Shown piece after piece: positions 21,640 through 31,493 of a stretch of 64,000 bases of DNA. Position 1 is the first letter of the stretch, and each line of letters starts with the position of its first letter. The stretch spans positions 1,184,001 to 1,248,000 of the forward strand of contig CAWGYA010000008.1 of NCBI GenBank assembly GCA_963826715.1, read 5' to 3'. Under the pieces are notes generated by a model that made no database searches, was not told where the DNA came from, and worked only from the letters and a program-made list of their open reading frames with translations. This DNA is from Candidatus Bathyarchaeota archaeon. Lineage in GTDB: Archaea; Thermoproteota; Bathyarchaeia; Bathyarchaeales; Bathycorpusculaceae. A program made the position numbers and the translations under genes.

Positions 21640-22284
21640 ATGAGCAGAATAATTGACCATGGATTAGAACAGCAGATTGTTCTACTGACTCGCATGGGCG
21701 AGTTGAGCTATGAAACCCTTGTGCTTTCGATACGTGGATACCTTGAGGGCAGAAGCGTCCAGGAGCGTGTGGAGGAGATGTCGAGTTTTCTAGTGGTTAT
21801 GGCGGATAAGGTGGAAGATGAAACTTTCGAGTTAATTGCCCGTTTCCAACCAGTTGCCTCGGATTTGCGGGCTATCAAGTCATATATGAAAATTGCTAAC
21901 GATTTTGCACGCTATGGTCGATATGCTCTAGATATATCGAGCATTAACGAACAACTAGGCGGGTTAAAACATTGCGATGAGGCAACGAGAGATTACTTGG
22001 CTAACGTGAGCGAGAACGTTCTCTTTATGGTTAAAACCAGTGTAGATTCGCTGCGGAAACATGATGTTGCCCTAGCTAAAACTATTTCCCCCACAGAGCG
22101 CGAAGTGGACCAAAAGTACCTTGAATTCCTCAACAAAATATCTTGCCAAGAACAATCTGGCAGCAAAGGGATCATATCCAACGTGCTATTCATTCGATAT
22201 CTGGAACGAATCGCCGACCATGCAACCTACGTCTGTGAGTCAATAATTTACATTGTGACAGGCGAAAAATTAAGCCTAGGATAA
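21640..22284 (+). CDS. phoU: Phosphate signalling protein PhoU
   Basis: FQPVASDLR, RYLERIADHA. Confidence 0.92.
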   Translation: MSRIIDHGLEQQIVLLTRMGELSYETLVLSIRGYLEGRSVQERVEEMSSFLVVMADKVEDETFELIARFQPVASDLRAIKSYMKIANDFARYGRYALDISSINEQLGGLKHCDEATRDYLANVSENVLFMVKTSVDSLRKHDVALAKTISPTEREVDQKYLEFLNKISCQEQSGSKGIISNVLFIRYLERIADHATYVCESIIYIVTGEKLSLG

Positions 22285-22705
22285 GCAAGTAACAAGTAAC
22301 CCAACGATAAAACTGTGTGCTACCCTTTAGACTTGTTTCAGAGTTGCTGTTGTCTCCAATTATTTCGAACATCTGACCCTTCTTTTTTACAGTGAGGCTT
22401 AAATGTGAACTCTTCAGTTGAGAGATTCAGTTTTGTATTGAATTGATGTTGATTATACTGTTTTATTTCATGGAAAAACATGAATTGCCTCGTCTTTCCG
22501 CTTCTAAAAACCCACTTTTCCAGGCACAGCTCAACCAAGAATTAAGTAACGTTTGGCTCAAATATTCAGTTAGACTGTTATTTTTTTCTATAGTTACTTA
22601 AAAAAAATATTTCAAGATCAAAGCTTAATACGGTTATTCCGCTAAAAAAGTGGCGCCATAGTCATATAAGCCACTTCCTCCTTTTTTTGTTGAGGATAAT
22701 TTTGT

Positions 22706-23608
22706 ATGGCAATGCAAGCTGAAAATTTCAAAGTTCCTGTTGGAAAATTTATAAGCTTAAAAGAATGCGATTCAGGATGGGTACCGAAGTGGGCTAAAAA
22801 AGAGGAACAAAAAAACCACAAAACTCTAAAAAAACTGGCATTAGCTGTCCTTAATGAAAACCGCCAAAAACTTATTGCAAAGCAAGAGTTGCTGTGGGCG
22901 AGCGACAGCTATTCTATGCTCATTATTCTGCAGGGCATGGATGCTGCTGGCAAAGACGGGACCATACGTCATGTAATGTCAGGTGTTAACCCTCAGGGGT
23001 GCCAGGTTACAGGCTTCAAGACGCCCTCTGCTGAAGAGCTTGATCACGATTTTCTATGGCGCTATGTGAAGGCGTTACCTGAGCGAGGGCGCATTGGCAT
23101 TTTTAACCGATCCTACTACGAGGACGTTCTTATTGTGAAGGTTCGCCCCGAGGTCCTGCAGAAAAGTAAGCTACCAACCAATGACGAGGGAGGAAAAGAT
23201 TTCTGGAGCCACCGTTATGAAGACATTAACTTCTTTGAACGTCACCTTGTTCGCAACGGAACCATTGTGCTTAAGTTCTTTTTGCATCTTTCTAAAATGG
23301 AGCAGAAGGACCGTTTTCTAAAACGCCTGGATGACCCCGACAAAAATTGGAAGTTCTCTATAACCGATATCTCGGAACGATCAAAATGGCCGGAGTACAT
23401 AGCGGCATATGAGGAGATGCTAAACCACACTAGCACGGAGTGGGCACCATGGTATGTTATCCCCGCAGATAAGAAGTGGGTCACCCATGCCTCGATTTCG
23501 GAACTTATGGTTACGCAGATAGAAAAATTGAATCTTACTTATCCTACCCTGAGTACCGGCCAAAAAGACGCGTTGGAAAGGGCAAAAAACCAACTCGAAA
23601 AGGGGTAA
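22706..23608 (+). CDS. ppk2: Polyphosphate kinase 2 (class III-like)
   Basis: QGMDAAGKDG, FKTPSAEELDHDFLWR, FNRSYYE, WKFS..D, PWYVIPAD. Confidence 0.93.
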   Translation: MAMQAENFKVPVGKFISLKECDSGWVPKWAKKEEQKNHKTLKKLALAVLNENRQKLIAKQELLWASDSYSMLIILQGMDAAGKDGTIRHVMSGVNPQGCQVTGFKTPSAEELDHDFLWRYVKALPERGRIGIFNRSYYEDVLIVKVRPEVLQKSKLPTNDEGGKDFWSHRYEDINFFERHLVRNGTIVLKFFLHLSKMEQKDRFLKRLDDPDKNWKFSITDISERSKWPEYIAAYEEMLNHTSTEWAPWYVIPADKKWVTHASISELMVTQIEKLNLTYPTLSTGQKDALERAKNQLEKG

Positions 23609-23615
23609 CTCCTCG

Positions 23616-25196
23616 TTACAGATTGGGTGTCACAATGCATTGAGCTTGCAGTTTCCGCTTAAAAGCTTCATAAAATGCTTGTCTATTCTGGTTGACGCTC
23701 CACTCCTCAAGGCTGCAGTCCGTATCCGAGTAGAATCTGAGAAGTGCTTGTTCTTTGCTTTCATTAACAAACTCAACCTTCTTTACTAGCCCGCAGTGGC
23801 TACGGTCAAGCTTTTCGGCAAACCTCAAAAAAGTGGAGAGTTCGGTCACAATCTCCTTGCTTGTATCATCCAATCTCTCTGCCTTCAGGGCTTTTTTAGA
23901 GGGCAGTTTTTTGCGGTGAAAGCGAGCAATGTTTGCCATTATCTGGATTTCTTGAGTGTCAAATCCAGGTAGCCCCGCGTTGCTAATGATGTAGTGAGAA
24001 TGTTGGTGGTGATTGTTAAATGACAGAAAGTCGCCGACATCATGCAATGCTGCGGCGTATTTTAGCATTTCACGCTCGCGATCCCCCATATTGTGCAGAC
24101 CAACCTGTTTACCGCTGTCGAAGAGTTCCAATGCGAGATCAGCTACGGTTTGGGAGTGTTTCTCGTCGAAGTTACATGACCTTCCTAAATGTAAAACGCT
24201 ACGGTTGCGCATGGGCGTTCTTTGTAGTTCTCGGAACCCCTCAAAGTTGGCAAGGTATTCGGCAAGTAAACCGTCTCTGAGTTCGCGGTGGCTAATATGG
24301 ATTTCCTCGAGACCGAACTCTTCCATGATTGCCTCAATAATTGCGGCGCCTGCAACTATGATATCTGCGCGGTCAGGGTTGATGGCGGGAATTTTTTTTC
24401 TCTCTCCCAAGGGCAGCCAGCAAAGTAAAGTAGCAACTTTTTTGAGATTTTTTCTGGTTAACAATAACTCCCCGCGGCCGTTGGTTTTTTTGAAGAGTTT
24501 ATTTGAGACCTCAGATAGGTTAATCATTGTTCCTGATGAACCGAAAGCTAATCTTGCCCCATACTCCAAAACCCTAGGTGTAATCGAGCTTATTTCTGCG
24601 AGGGCGTAGTCTTTAATCTTTTTATAGACCTCAGTTTTTACAGGTCCAATCCAGCTCTCCCCTATGAATTGCGTTGTAAGCCGAATTGCTCCCAATTTAA
24701 GGCTGTTAATGTAGAAACATTCATGCTGGTCGCCTATGGCTATCTCGGTGCTGCCGCCACCTAAATCTATGAAAAGAGCTTTTTGGTCACCGATATCTAT
24801 GCCGCTTGAAACCCCACGGCAAATCAGGCGTGCCTCGTCTTCGCCTGAAATAACGTCGACTTTGAGGCCTGTTTCTCTTTGGAGTTTGCTGAGGAACTCC
24901 TGTTGATTTTTTGCTTCGCGAATCGCTGAGGTGCCAACTGCAATAATCTCGGTGGCACCATAGGTTTTAGCTAGGGCTGCGAATTTACCACAGACAAATA
25001 TGGTGCGCTCCATTGCTTCGGGTTGCAGAAGGTTATCTTTGAATTCTCGCTCTCCTAGCCGCACTACTTCTTTTTCTTGGCTTATTGTTGTATAAGAGAA
25101 GTTTGGGTTTATTCTCACCACTAAAAGGCGAACAGCATTCGTACCGACATCAACAAAACCAACTACGCGTCCCGCGGCTTTTATGGTTGTTTCCAT
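23616..25196 (-). CDS. ppx: Exopolyphosphatase Ppx/GppA with C-terminal HD domain
   Basis: DVGTNAVRL, TSAIREAKN, DLGGGSTE, RADII, LHDVG. Confidence 0.93.
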   Translation of the reverse strand: METTIKAAGRVVGFVDVGTNAVRLLVVRINPNFSYTTISQEKEVVRLGEREFKDNLLQPEAMERTIFVCGKFAALAKTYGATEIIAVGTSAIREAKNQQEFLSKLQRETGLKVDVISGEDEARLICRGVSSGIDIGDQKALFIDLGGGSTEIAIGDQHECFYINSLKLGAIRLTTQFIGESWIGPVKTEVYKKIKDYALAEISSITPRVLEYGARLAFGSSGTMINLSEVSNKLFKKTNGRGELLLTRKNLKKVATLLCWLPLGERKKIPAINPDRADIIVAGAAIIEAIMEEFGLEEIHISHRELRDGLLAEYLANFEGFRELQRTPMRNRSVLHLGRSCNFDEKHSQTVADLALELFDSGKQVGLHNMGDREREMLKYAAALHDVGDFLSFNNHHQHSHYIISNAGLPGFDTQEIQIMANIARFHRKKLPSKKALKAERLDDTSKEIVTELSTFLRFAEKLDRSHCGLVKKVEFVNESKEQALLRFYSDTDCSLEEWSVNQNRQAFYEAFKRKLQAQCIVTPNL

Positions 25197-27493
25197 TCTA
25201 GCATCATTTCCCTGTCAAACGTTTTTTCAAACAAATCTTTCTTCTTATTAAAAGCCTGTTGTTCGAGCGTCAAATCTGTGTTAGTGAAGCACTCAGCAGT
25301 TACAGTTTTTGGAGTGACTCTGATACCTAAAATCTTGACTGCAGATTTGTGAGTGTAGTCTAAACTATCTGCGACCCGTAGTATAGCCGCTAGCATATTG
25401 ATTTTACGGAATATTTGGCGATTTAAGGGGGCAAACAGATATTGCCTTGGTGAGGGTAAACCTTTGCGGTGATATCTGGTGAGGGCTGCAATTATGCGTC
25501 TCTGACTGGATGAGAAAGGCAGCGCAGTGTCGTTTAGAATAATCTGGGCGGATTTTTTGTTGTGTTTGTTGACTCCAATTGAAAAGCCAATGTCATGAAG
25601 AACTGCTGCACATTCGAGCCAGCAGCGCTCCTGTCCACCCAACTTATGGAGAGATTTGACCCCATCAAATAGTGCTAACGAAAGATTAGTCACCTGCAAA
25701 TAATGTTCAATGTCTGGCCAGAGATTTTTCGAGAACTCTTCGCAGGCAATCACTATTCCCCTGCAATTTTGAACCATAGCCTTCTTATTGTTGCGGTCCA
25801 ACTTGAGGACTTCATCAATTGAAATTCCGCGGAGTAGCATCTGAGAGTAACTTTCAGGTAGTCCCTTATTTCGTAGTTCCTGTGCAGCATCCTCTACAGG
25901 GTAATCGAGCCTAATCAGTTGCACCCTAACAGGGTTAAAATCTAAAATAGCGTAAGCTGCTTGAGGGGTTCCATCACTTTGTCTACCCACACTTCCCGGG
26001 TTAATGAAGTGCACCCCGTTTGCTATCCTCAGAAACTGTTCATGGCTATGCCCCACTATAATGATGTCCGCGTCCACCTGGTCAGACAATTCTTTAAGCC
26101 GTGATTCAGGAGTATTATGATAAATATGTTCATTGATTGATTTTGGACTACCATGGGTTAACAATAACTTCTTATTTGCTGTCTGCAGCCTCATGGTCAG
26201 GCTTAGCACCTCAAGATAACTTTTTGAAGTGCTAGACAATGTTTTCTTTGCATATTCGAAAGCAAGATGTTTCTCGCTTTTGGCGTCGTTTTTGTTCTCT
26301 AAAACCTCTAAATCATAGTTCCCCAAAATGGAAACAACATTTTTTTGGCAAAGCATCTCCACGACTTCGTTGGGACTGGCTCCATACCCGATGGAGTCAC
26401 CAGCGTTCAGGAATACTTGTACACCCCGCTGCTCCGCATCTTCCAGTACCCTTTGCAGCGCTGGTAGGTTCGCGTGGATATCAGATAATATGGCAACTCT
26501 AACATTCTGCATTTCCGGTTTTTCTTTATTTTTTTCTTGAGTCATTGACAAGACGATGAGGCTGGTGGTTTTTCTAATTTGTTCAAATAAGCCGCTGTTA
26601 TTACAGGTGACCCAGAGTTCAACAAATCTGTGGTAATGATCCTCTTTTTTCTGTTGAATGTAAGCGGAGAAGTTCTCCAAAGCCTGATCTAGGGCGACTG
26701 TGTCAACCTTTACTCTATTTTTTTGGAATTTAGGTATGCATTCAACCCAAACCGTGCAGTCATGGAGCTCACCGAGTTCATCTTGAAACATTTTTATGAT
26801 GTCTATTTCTTTTTTGAGCTCATTCGGGTAAAGGGATGCAAAGATCTCCATAGTGTATCGAAGTTTCTTGGCGTAAATTCTCATTTTATGATGCTGAGGA
26901 TCAGCGCCTTCAATTTTTACATACTGTTGCATGGACAAAAAGTTGTCGAGTCTCTTGGAAATGTGCCGCTGAGCTTGCTGCGTAACCGCTATCAAATCGG
27001 AAGCTATGTGGGATTCAATTACTATCTGTTTGTAGACTTCCCGGATGTTCCCTAGTACTGCTGACGCCTCAAGTTCATCCAACCCATTTTTTACAGCGCT
27101 TTGTATATTTTCTCGGCTAGTTTTTTGGTCTTTAAGCAGCAATAATATTGCTGACTTCTCAGTTGGTGAAGTCAATTTTTTAATATACTGCTCAATAAAC
27201 TCGATTTGTACATCGAGATCTCGGACGCTTGAGAGCAAATGTGTAATCTTTTTTATTTTTTGTGTCCACATTTTGAATTGTTTTTTAGATAAGCATTCTT
27301 GAAAAATTGGAAGCGCAGCCCTTAGCCGACGGGAGATTACCCGGGTTTTGTGGACATATTCGATGTCCCTATCGGCGATTACTCCTTCAATTAACTCGAA
27401 AAAATTGTCTGTTAGTTTTAGGATGATTTCTGCGCCGAATCGGCAGTAACTATTGTCAACTTTACAGTTTTTGTTTTTGTTCGGCGTGTTCAT
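25181..27493 (-). CDS. CHAD + calcineurin-like metallophosphoesterase + Ppx-type HD fusion protein
   Basis: CHAD: HKTRVISRR, HKMRIYAKKLRY, QDELGELHD; MPE: SDIHAN, GDSIGYG, GNYD, HGSP, GHSH, NPGSVG; HD: LHDIG, YHRK, LRVADSLD. Confidence 0.85.
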   Translation of the reverse strand: MNTPNKNKNCKVDNSYCRFGAEIILKLTDNFFELIEGVIADRDIEYVHKTRVISRRLRAALPIFQECLSKKQFKMWTQKIKKITHLLSSVRDLDVQIEFIEQYIKKLTSPTEKSAILLLLKDQKTSRENIQSAVKNGLDELEASAVLGNIREVYKQIVIESHIASDLIAVTQQAQRHISKRLDNFLSMQQYVKIEGADPQHHKMRIYAKKLRYTMEIFASLYPNELKKEIDIIKMFQDELGELHDCTVWVECIPKFQKNRVKVDTVALDQALENFSAYIQQKKEDHYHRFVELWVTCNNSGLFEQIRKTTSLIVLSMTQEKNKEKPEMQNVRVAILSDIHANLPALQRVLEDAEQRGVQVFLNAGDSIGYGASPNEVVEMLCQKNVVSILGNYDLEVLENKNDAKSEKHLAFEYAKKTLSSTSKSYLEVLSLTMRLQTANKKLLLTHGSPKSINEHIYHNTPESRLKELSDQVDADIIIVGHSHEQFLRIANGVHFINPGSVGRQSDGTPQAAYAILDFNPVRVQLIRLDYPVEDAAQELRNKGLPESYSQMLLRGISIDEVLKLDRNNKKAMVQNCRGIVIACEEFSKNLWPDIEHYLQVTNLSLALFDGVKSLHKLGGQERCWLECAAVLHDIGFSIGVNKHNKKSAQIILNDTALPFSSSQRRIIAALTRYHRKGLPSPRQYLFAPLNRQIFRKINMLAAILRVADSLDYTHKSAVKILGIRVTPKTVTAECFTNTDLTLEQQAFNKKKDLFEKTFDREMMLEWKQP

Positions 27494-29600
27494 GCCAGAT
27501 TCCTCTGTTTTGGATTAGCCAGAATTGTGAATTAAGATTATTTTCACCCGATTTTGGGATGACTCTCTGGTATGTGCCATTACAGAGCAGTCTTCGTGCC
27601 TTAACATTGTCACGTAAATGGATTTTTAGAATGTCATCGAGAATTGCTTGTCGAATCCCAGGGTCAGGAACACTGAAGAGTACTTCAACCCGTTCGTTGA
27701 GGTTTCTATACATCAAATCGGAACTGCCGATAATAACTTCGCTGTCTGGGCCATTCTTGAAGTAATATATTCGGGCGTGCTCAAGAAAACGACCGACGAT
27801 TGAAATTACTGAGATATTCTCGCTAACTCCTTTGATTCCAGGTTTGAGGCAGCAGAGCGCACGGACATTGAGTTCAATTTTGATTCCAGCCATTGATGCA
27901 CGATAAAGAGCTTTGATTACATCTTTCTCTTCGAGGTTGTTTAGTTTAAACGCTAAGTACCCTTTGCCTGTTTGCTGATGAAACTCTATTTCGCGGTCTA
28001 TACGTTTTAAAATTTCATTTTTGAGTGTTTTAGGTGCAACGAGTAGGTGTTTGAAATCTTTCTCTTGTAATCCATTGACTAGTATGTTGAATAGTTCCTC
28101 AAGCTCAATGCCTACGTCATGTCTTGCGGTTAGATACCCTATGTCGCCATATATTTTAGCAGTTACTGCGTTATAGTTACCTGAACCGATATGTGAGTAA
28201 CGGACAAATTTATCTTTTTCTTTCCGTACAATCACGCATAATTTCGCATGGACTTTGAAATTCGGGAAATTATAAACTGCCTCAATACCTGCTTCTTTAA
28301 GTCGGGATACTAACAAGATATTGTTTTCTTCGTCGAATTTTGCTTTTAATTCAACAACTGCAGTGACTTTTTTCCCGTTTTTCCTTGCCTCTATAAGGGC
28401 ATCCACAATAGGCGATTTCGCATCCATGCGATACATCGTAATACATATTCTCTCCACAAAGCGGTCACACGCTGCCTCCTTAAGCAAATCCACAATTATT
28501 TCAAAGCTGTCATAAGGATGATAGAGTACAATATCACGTTTGGAGATAATCTGGAACAGGCTTTTTTCAGGAGTAAGTAGCGGCGTGATGGAGGGTAGAA
28601 AACTTTTATCTTTAAGGTCTGGGCGGTTCAATTTATGCAACTGCCAGAGGTCAACAAACCCAAGCGGACAATCAAGGTCGTAAGTTAAATAATCAACTAA
28701 CCCAAATTGTTTTACCAAGGCTTCTTTTATCTGAGGGGGCATGTTTTTATCGAATTCAAGGCGGCTGGGAAAACCTGTTTTCCTTTTTGAGAGTCCTTTC
28801 TTGACGGAGGCAAGAAAATCTGAGGATTCATCCATCAAGATTTCGATTTCACTATTGCGCGTTAATCGGAACGAATAGGCTGCTAAACTTTGCTCGTTTG
28901 GGAAAACAAGGTCCAGGTTGGACGCTGTAAGATCTTCGATAAAGACAAATTCATGTTGCATGTTCAATTTCTGCCTAAAACTGGATTGCGGAATTTCAAT
29001 TAGACGCATGAATTGCTCGGTGGGCAATTCGACCATGCAATAGTCTCCATTGTCAAAACCGTGAACGCAGAGGGCAACCTGAAGGTTCTCAATAACGGTG
29101 GTTTCCCAGTTTTGCCTATACACCTTTATGTTTGGTAAGATGTTTAACTGAAGGAGTGTTCGAAGTTTTTCCTTTTTGTTATCCGGTAGGTCTCGGAATT
29201 TTCTTATAATTATTTCTTCTTTTTCCAGTCTGGGCAACAACTCGTTTTTCCAGCATTCTGCTTGTCTTTCAATTAGTGTCAAAATCTCTATGCGAGTGGT
29301 CTCGATTTGCTCAATAGGCGTCATTCCATCCGTGGATTTTTCTTCAGGGACCTTTTTAATTTTCTTCATTAAACGCGCTATTCGGGTCATAAAAAACTCG
29401 TCAAGGTTGCTACCGCAGATAGCCAAAAACTTCACTCTTTCCAGAAGTGGATGCCACTCATCACGCGCTTCCTCAAGAATGCGTGCGTTGAAGCGAATCC
29501 AACTTAGTTCTCTGTTTATGTAATAACTGGGATTATCCAGTGATTTGTCTATAGTTCTGAGGCTGTTTTTTTCTGAATTGCAGATAGATGCGGCTGACAA
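27462..29600 (-). CDS. ppk1: Polyphosphate kinase 1
   Basis: NRELSW, SNLDEFF, HPYDSF, ELKAKFDEENN, KVHAK, GRFLEHARIY. Confidence 0.96.
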   Translation of the reverse strand: MSAASICNSEKNSLRTIDKSLDNPSYYINRELSWIRFNARILEEARDEWHPLLERVKFLAICGSNLDEFFMTRIARLMKKIKKVPEEKSTDGMTPIEQIETTRIEILTLIERQAECWKNELLPRLEKEEIIIRKFRDLPDNKKEKLRTLLQLNILPNIKVYRQNWETTVIENLQVALCVHGFDNGDYCMVELPTEQFMRLIEIPQSSFRQKLNMQHEFVFIEDLTASNLDLVFPNEQSLAAYSFRLTRNSEIEILMDESSDFLASVKKGLSKRKTGFPSRLEFDKNMPPQIKEALVKQFGLVDYLTYDLDCPLGFVDLWQLHKLNRPDLKDKSFLPSITPLLTPEKSLFQIISKRDIVLYHPYDSFEIIVDLLKEAACDRFVERICITMYRMDAKSPIVDALIEARKNGKKVTAVVELKAKFDEENNILLVSRLKEAGIEAVYNFPNFKVHAKLCVIVRKEKDKFVRYSHIGSGNYNAVTAKIYGDIGYLTARHDVGIELEELFNILVNGLQEKDFKHLLVAPKTLKNEILKRIDREIEFHQQTGKGYLAFKLNNLEEKDVIKALYRASMAGIKIELNVRALCCLKPGIKGVSENISVISIVGRFLEHARIYYFKNGPDSEVIIGSSDLMYRNLNERVEVLFSVPDPGIRQAILDDILKIHLRDNVKARRLLCNGTYQRVIPKSGENNLNSQFWLIQNRGIWHEHAEQKQKL

Positions 29601-29937
29601 GGAATTATAACCCGCTTTTATTCACTTTTTATATTAAATCAATAATAGTAAATAATAGAATTTGTGGCTTATCAAGGAATCCATTAAAAATTGATTTTGA
29701 GGGGGATTTTTTATCTTCAGCGTTTCTGCTTCCGGGGCAAATCGGAAACGTTGACGCATTTTAACTTGCAAACTTCGAAGGTTTCATATTTGAAAAGCAA
29801 GATGGGTTTATGCATACTCTATCGCTTATTCTTATTTGATGAACATTTATCTTTTAAGGACTCTGAAAATAGACTCTATAGCTATAAATAGTCTATATAG
29901 GAACGGTTAAATTTGGCAAGCGCCTCACATAGAAGCC

Positions 29938-30396
29938 ATGAATTCGCTCACTTTAAAAGAAAAAGGCTTCAGTGACCCTGTTTCCATAAAAGAGCTAAAT
30001 TTCTCCAGCCTTCCATACAATAAAAGAAGCATCCTAGTTTTAACCGACAAAACTCTTACTGGCAAACCCGCCTCTGATATACTCTACATCGGTAGAACAA
30101 AAAAGCCAATCAAACGAGTTTTCGTAGGCTATCTATGCGGCATTGGTGGAAAAGTAACCCGTAAAATCAACAGACACCTGTTAAACGACGGATATCTCGA
30201 AAAAGTTGCTTTAAGTTATATGTTAACGAGCACCCCAAAAACGACGCAAAAAGAGTTGCTCGAGAGCTTCAAAAAAGAACATGGTGAATATCCAATCTGG
30301 AATGCCTCCAAAAATCCCCCAGCTTCTGTAAAACCCGCTCCTAAAGCTGTGCTACGCGCCCGTCCTACCCGCAAAGCCGTCAAGCCTAAGGCTTAA
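29938..30396 (+). CDS. GIY-YIG-like protein (degenerate) with basic C-terminal tail
   Basis: ILYIGRT...R and HGEYPIWN; tail KPAPKAVLRARPTRKAVKPKA. Confidence 0.55.
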   Translation: MNSLTLKEKGFSDPVSIKELNFSSLPYNKRSILVLTDKTLTGKPASDILYIGRTKKPIKRVFVGYLCGIGGKVTRKINRHLLNDGYLEKVALSYMLTSTPKTTQKELLESFKKEHGEYPIWNASKNPPASVKPAPKAVLRARPTRKAVKPKA

Positions 30397-30406
30397 ACTC
30401 CTTTTT

Positions 30407-30940
30407 CTATTCAGTTTGCTTTTTGTTGAAATAGTAGCGCACTAACTCGTCCGTTGACCATGGCAAGCAATCTTTGGCTTTGAATCCTAAAAGTTCAGCA
30501 TATCTGTGAATAGATCCGAGGTCACCTTCTATCTCTAGAAACTCAGGGATAAAATTGTAGTTGCCGAGGTATCGATCGATGTCAACGCGAACGTTCTCCA
30601 ACTTGAAGCTGACTCTATGCTTTTCCATCTGGTCAGTGACTGCTAAGCTTAAATTCTGCAGAATTCCAAGCGTGGTATCGAAATCTGAGACCTCCACAGA
30701 AAGCTCTTCTGCCTCTTTGGCGACCTGGTTTGCTTTAATTTTCTTGTAGGTTAGTTCGTTTTTCCTCTGAATTTTTCTCAAACGCAAAACGGCTCTATGT
30801 TTGCTGATTCCTCCGTCCGCGTAATCCAAGAAAAGTGTAGATATTTCGCCGTCGAAAATTTTTTTAGCCTTCAAATTATCAAGTGTTTTTTTAACCTTTT
30901 GACTGTTGATTTCAAGTATTTTTACTTCAATCTCTTGCAT
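30407..30940 (-). CDS. CYTH/triphosphate tunnel metalloenzyme (class IV adenylate cyclase-like)
   Basis: EIEVK (ExExK), LRLR, LTYK, K.R, LEIE. Confidence 0.9.
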   Translation of the reverse strand: MQEIEVKILEINSQKVKKTLDNLKAKKIFDGEISTLFLDYADGGISKHRAVLRLRKIQRKNELTYKKIKANQVAKEAEELSVEVSDFDTTLGILQNLSLAVTDQMEKHRVSFKLENVRVDIDRYLGNYNFIPEFLEIEGDLGSIHRYAELLGFKAKDCLPWSTDELVRYYFNKKQTE

Positions 30941-31037
30941 AAAGTTATGGAATCTACAAGAAGTTAAAAAACTTGAGCTGCAAAAAGCGTTAAAATTTTA
31001 TATATATCTTAAATATTAATAAACAAGTAGATATTAT

Positions 31038-31493
31038 ATGGCCAAAGGCAAACCTTGGACATTAGAAGAAGAAATTGATCTCCAAAAACTAGTTGAAGCA
31101 AATACTCATGTAGACACAATTGCAGCCCATTTCCGAAAGAAACCTGGCGCTATAATTATAAAATGTCAACGGTTAGGTCTAAAACTTAACTCAAAAGGTT
31201 ATGTGGACACTTCAATCTCCTTCCCAAGAGAACTTCCCAGCGTAGAAGATACACTAAAGATGCTAGCCGGTGCATTAAAAACCGCTACCAAACCAGGACT
31301 AAACAAAGCCGAGCTCCAACGCCTACAAACGGTCGCAACCATCGCCAAAACCTACAAGGAACTTCTCTCGGACTACATAAACTACCGCGAAATCGAAACC
31401 AAATTAAAAGAAGTAGAGGAACAAAATGCCCAACTACTTAAAGAAAGAAGCCCGAACCCTACGCCCCAACCAAATTCTTCCCAGATGGCATAA
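31038..31493 (+). CDS. Myb/HTH + coiled-coil protein, putative terminase small subunit
   Basis: PWTLEEEIDL Myb-like start, C-terminal heptad EIETKLKEVEEQNAQLL; overlaps the start of the large terminase. Confidence 0.55.
   Translation: MAKGKPWTLEEEIDLQKLVEANTHVDTIAAHFRKKPGAIIIKCQRLGLKLNSKGYVDTSISFPRELPSVEDTLKMLAGALKTATKPGLNKAELQRLQTVATIAKTYKELLSDYINYREIETKLKEVEEQNAQLLKERSPNPTPQPNSSQMA

Noticed and set aside
24013-24609. Long antisense ORFs (e.g. 24013-24609, 45983-46579, 53465-54016, 8402-8875)
   Set aside because: Shadows of well-supported genes on the opposite strand, with Ser-rich non-protein-like translations
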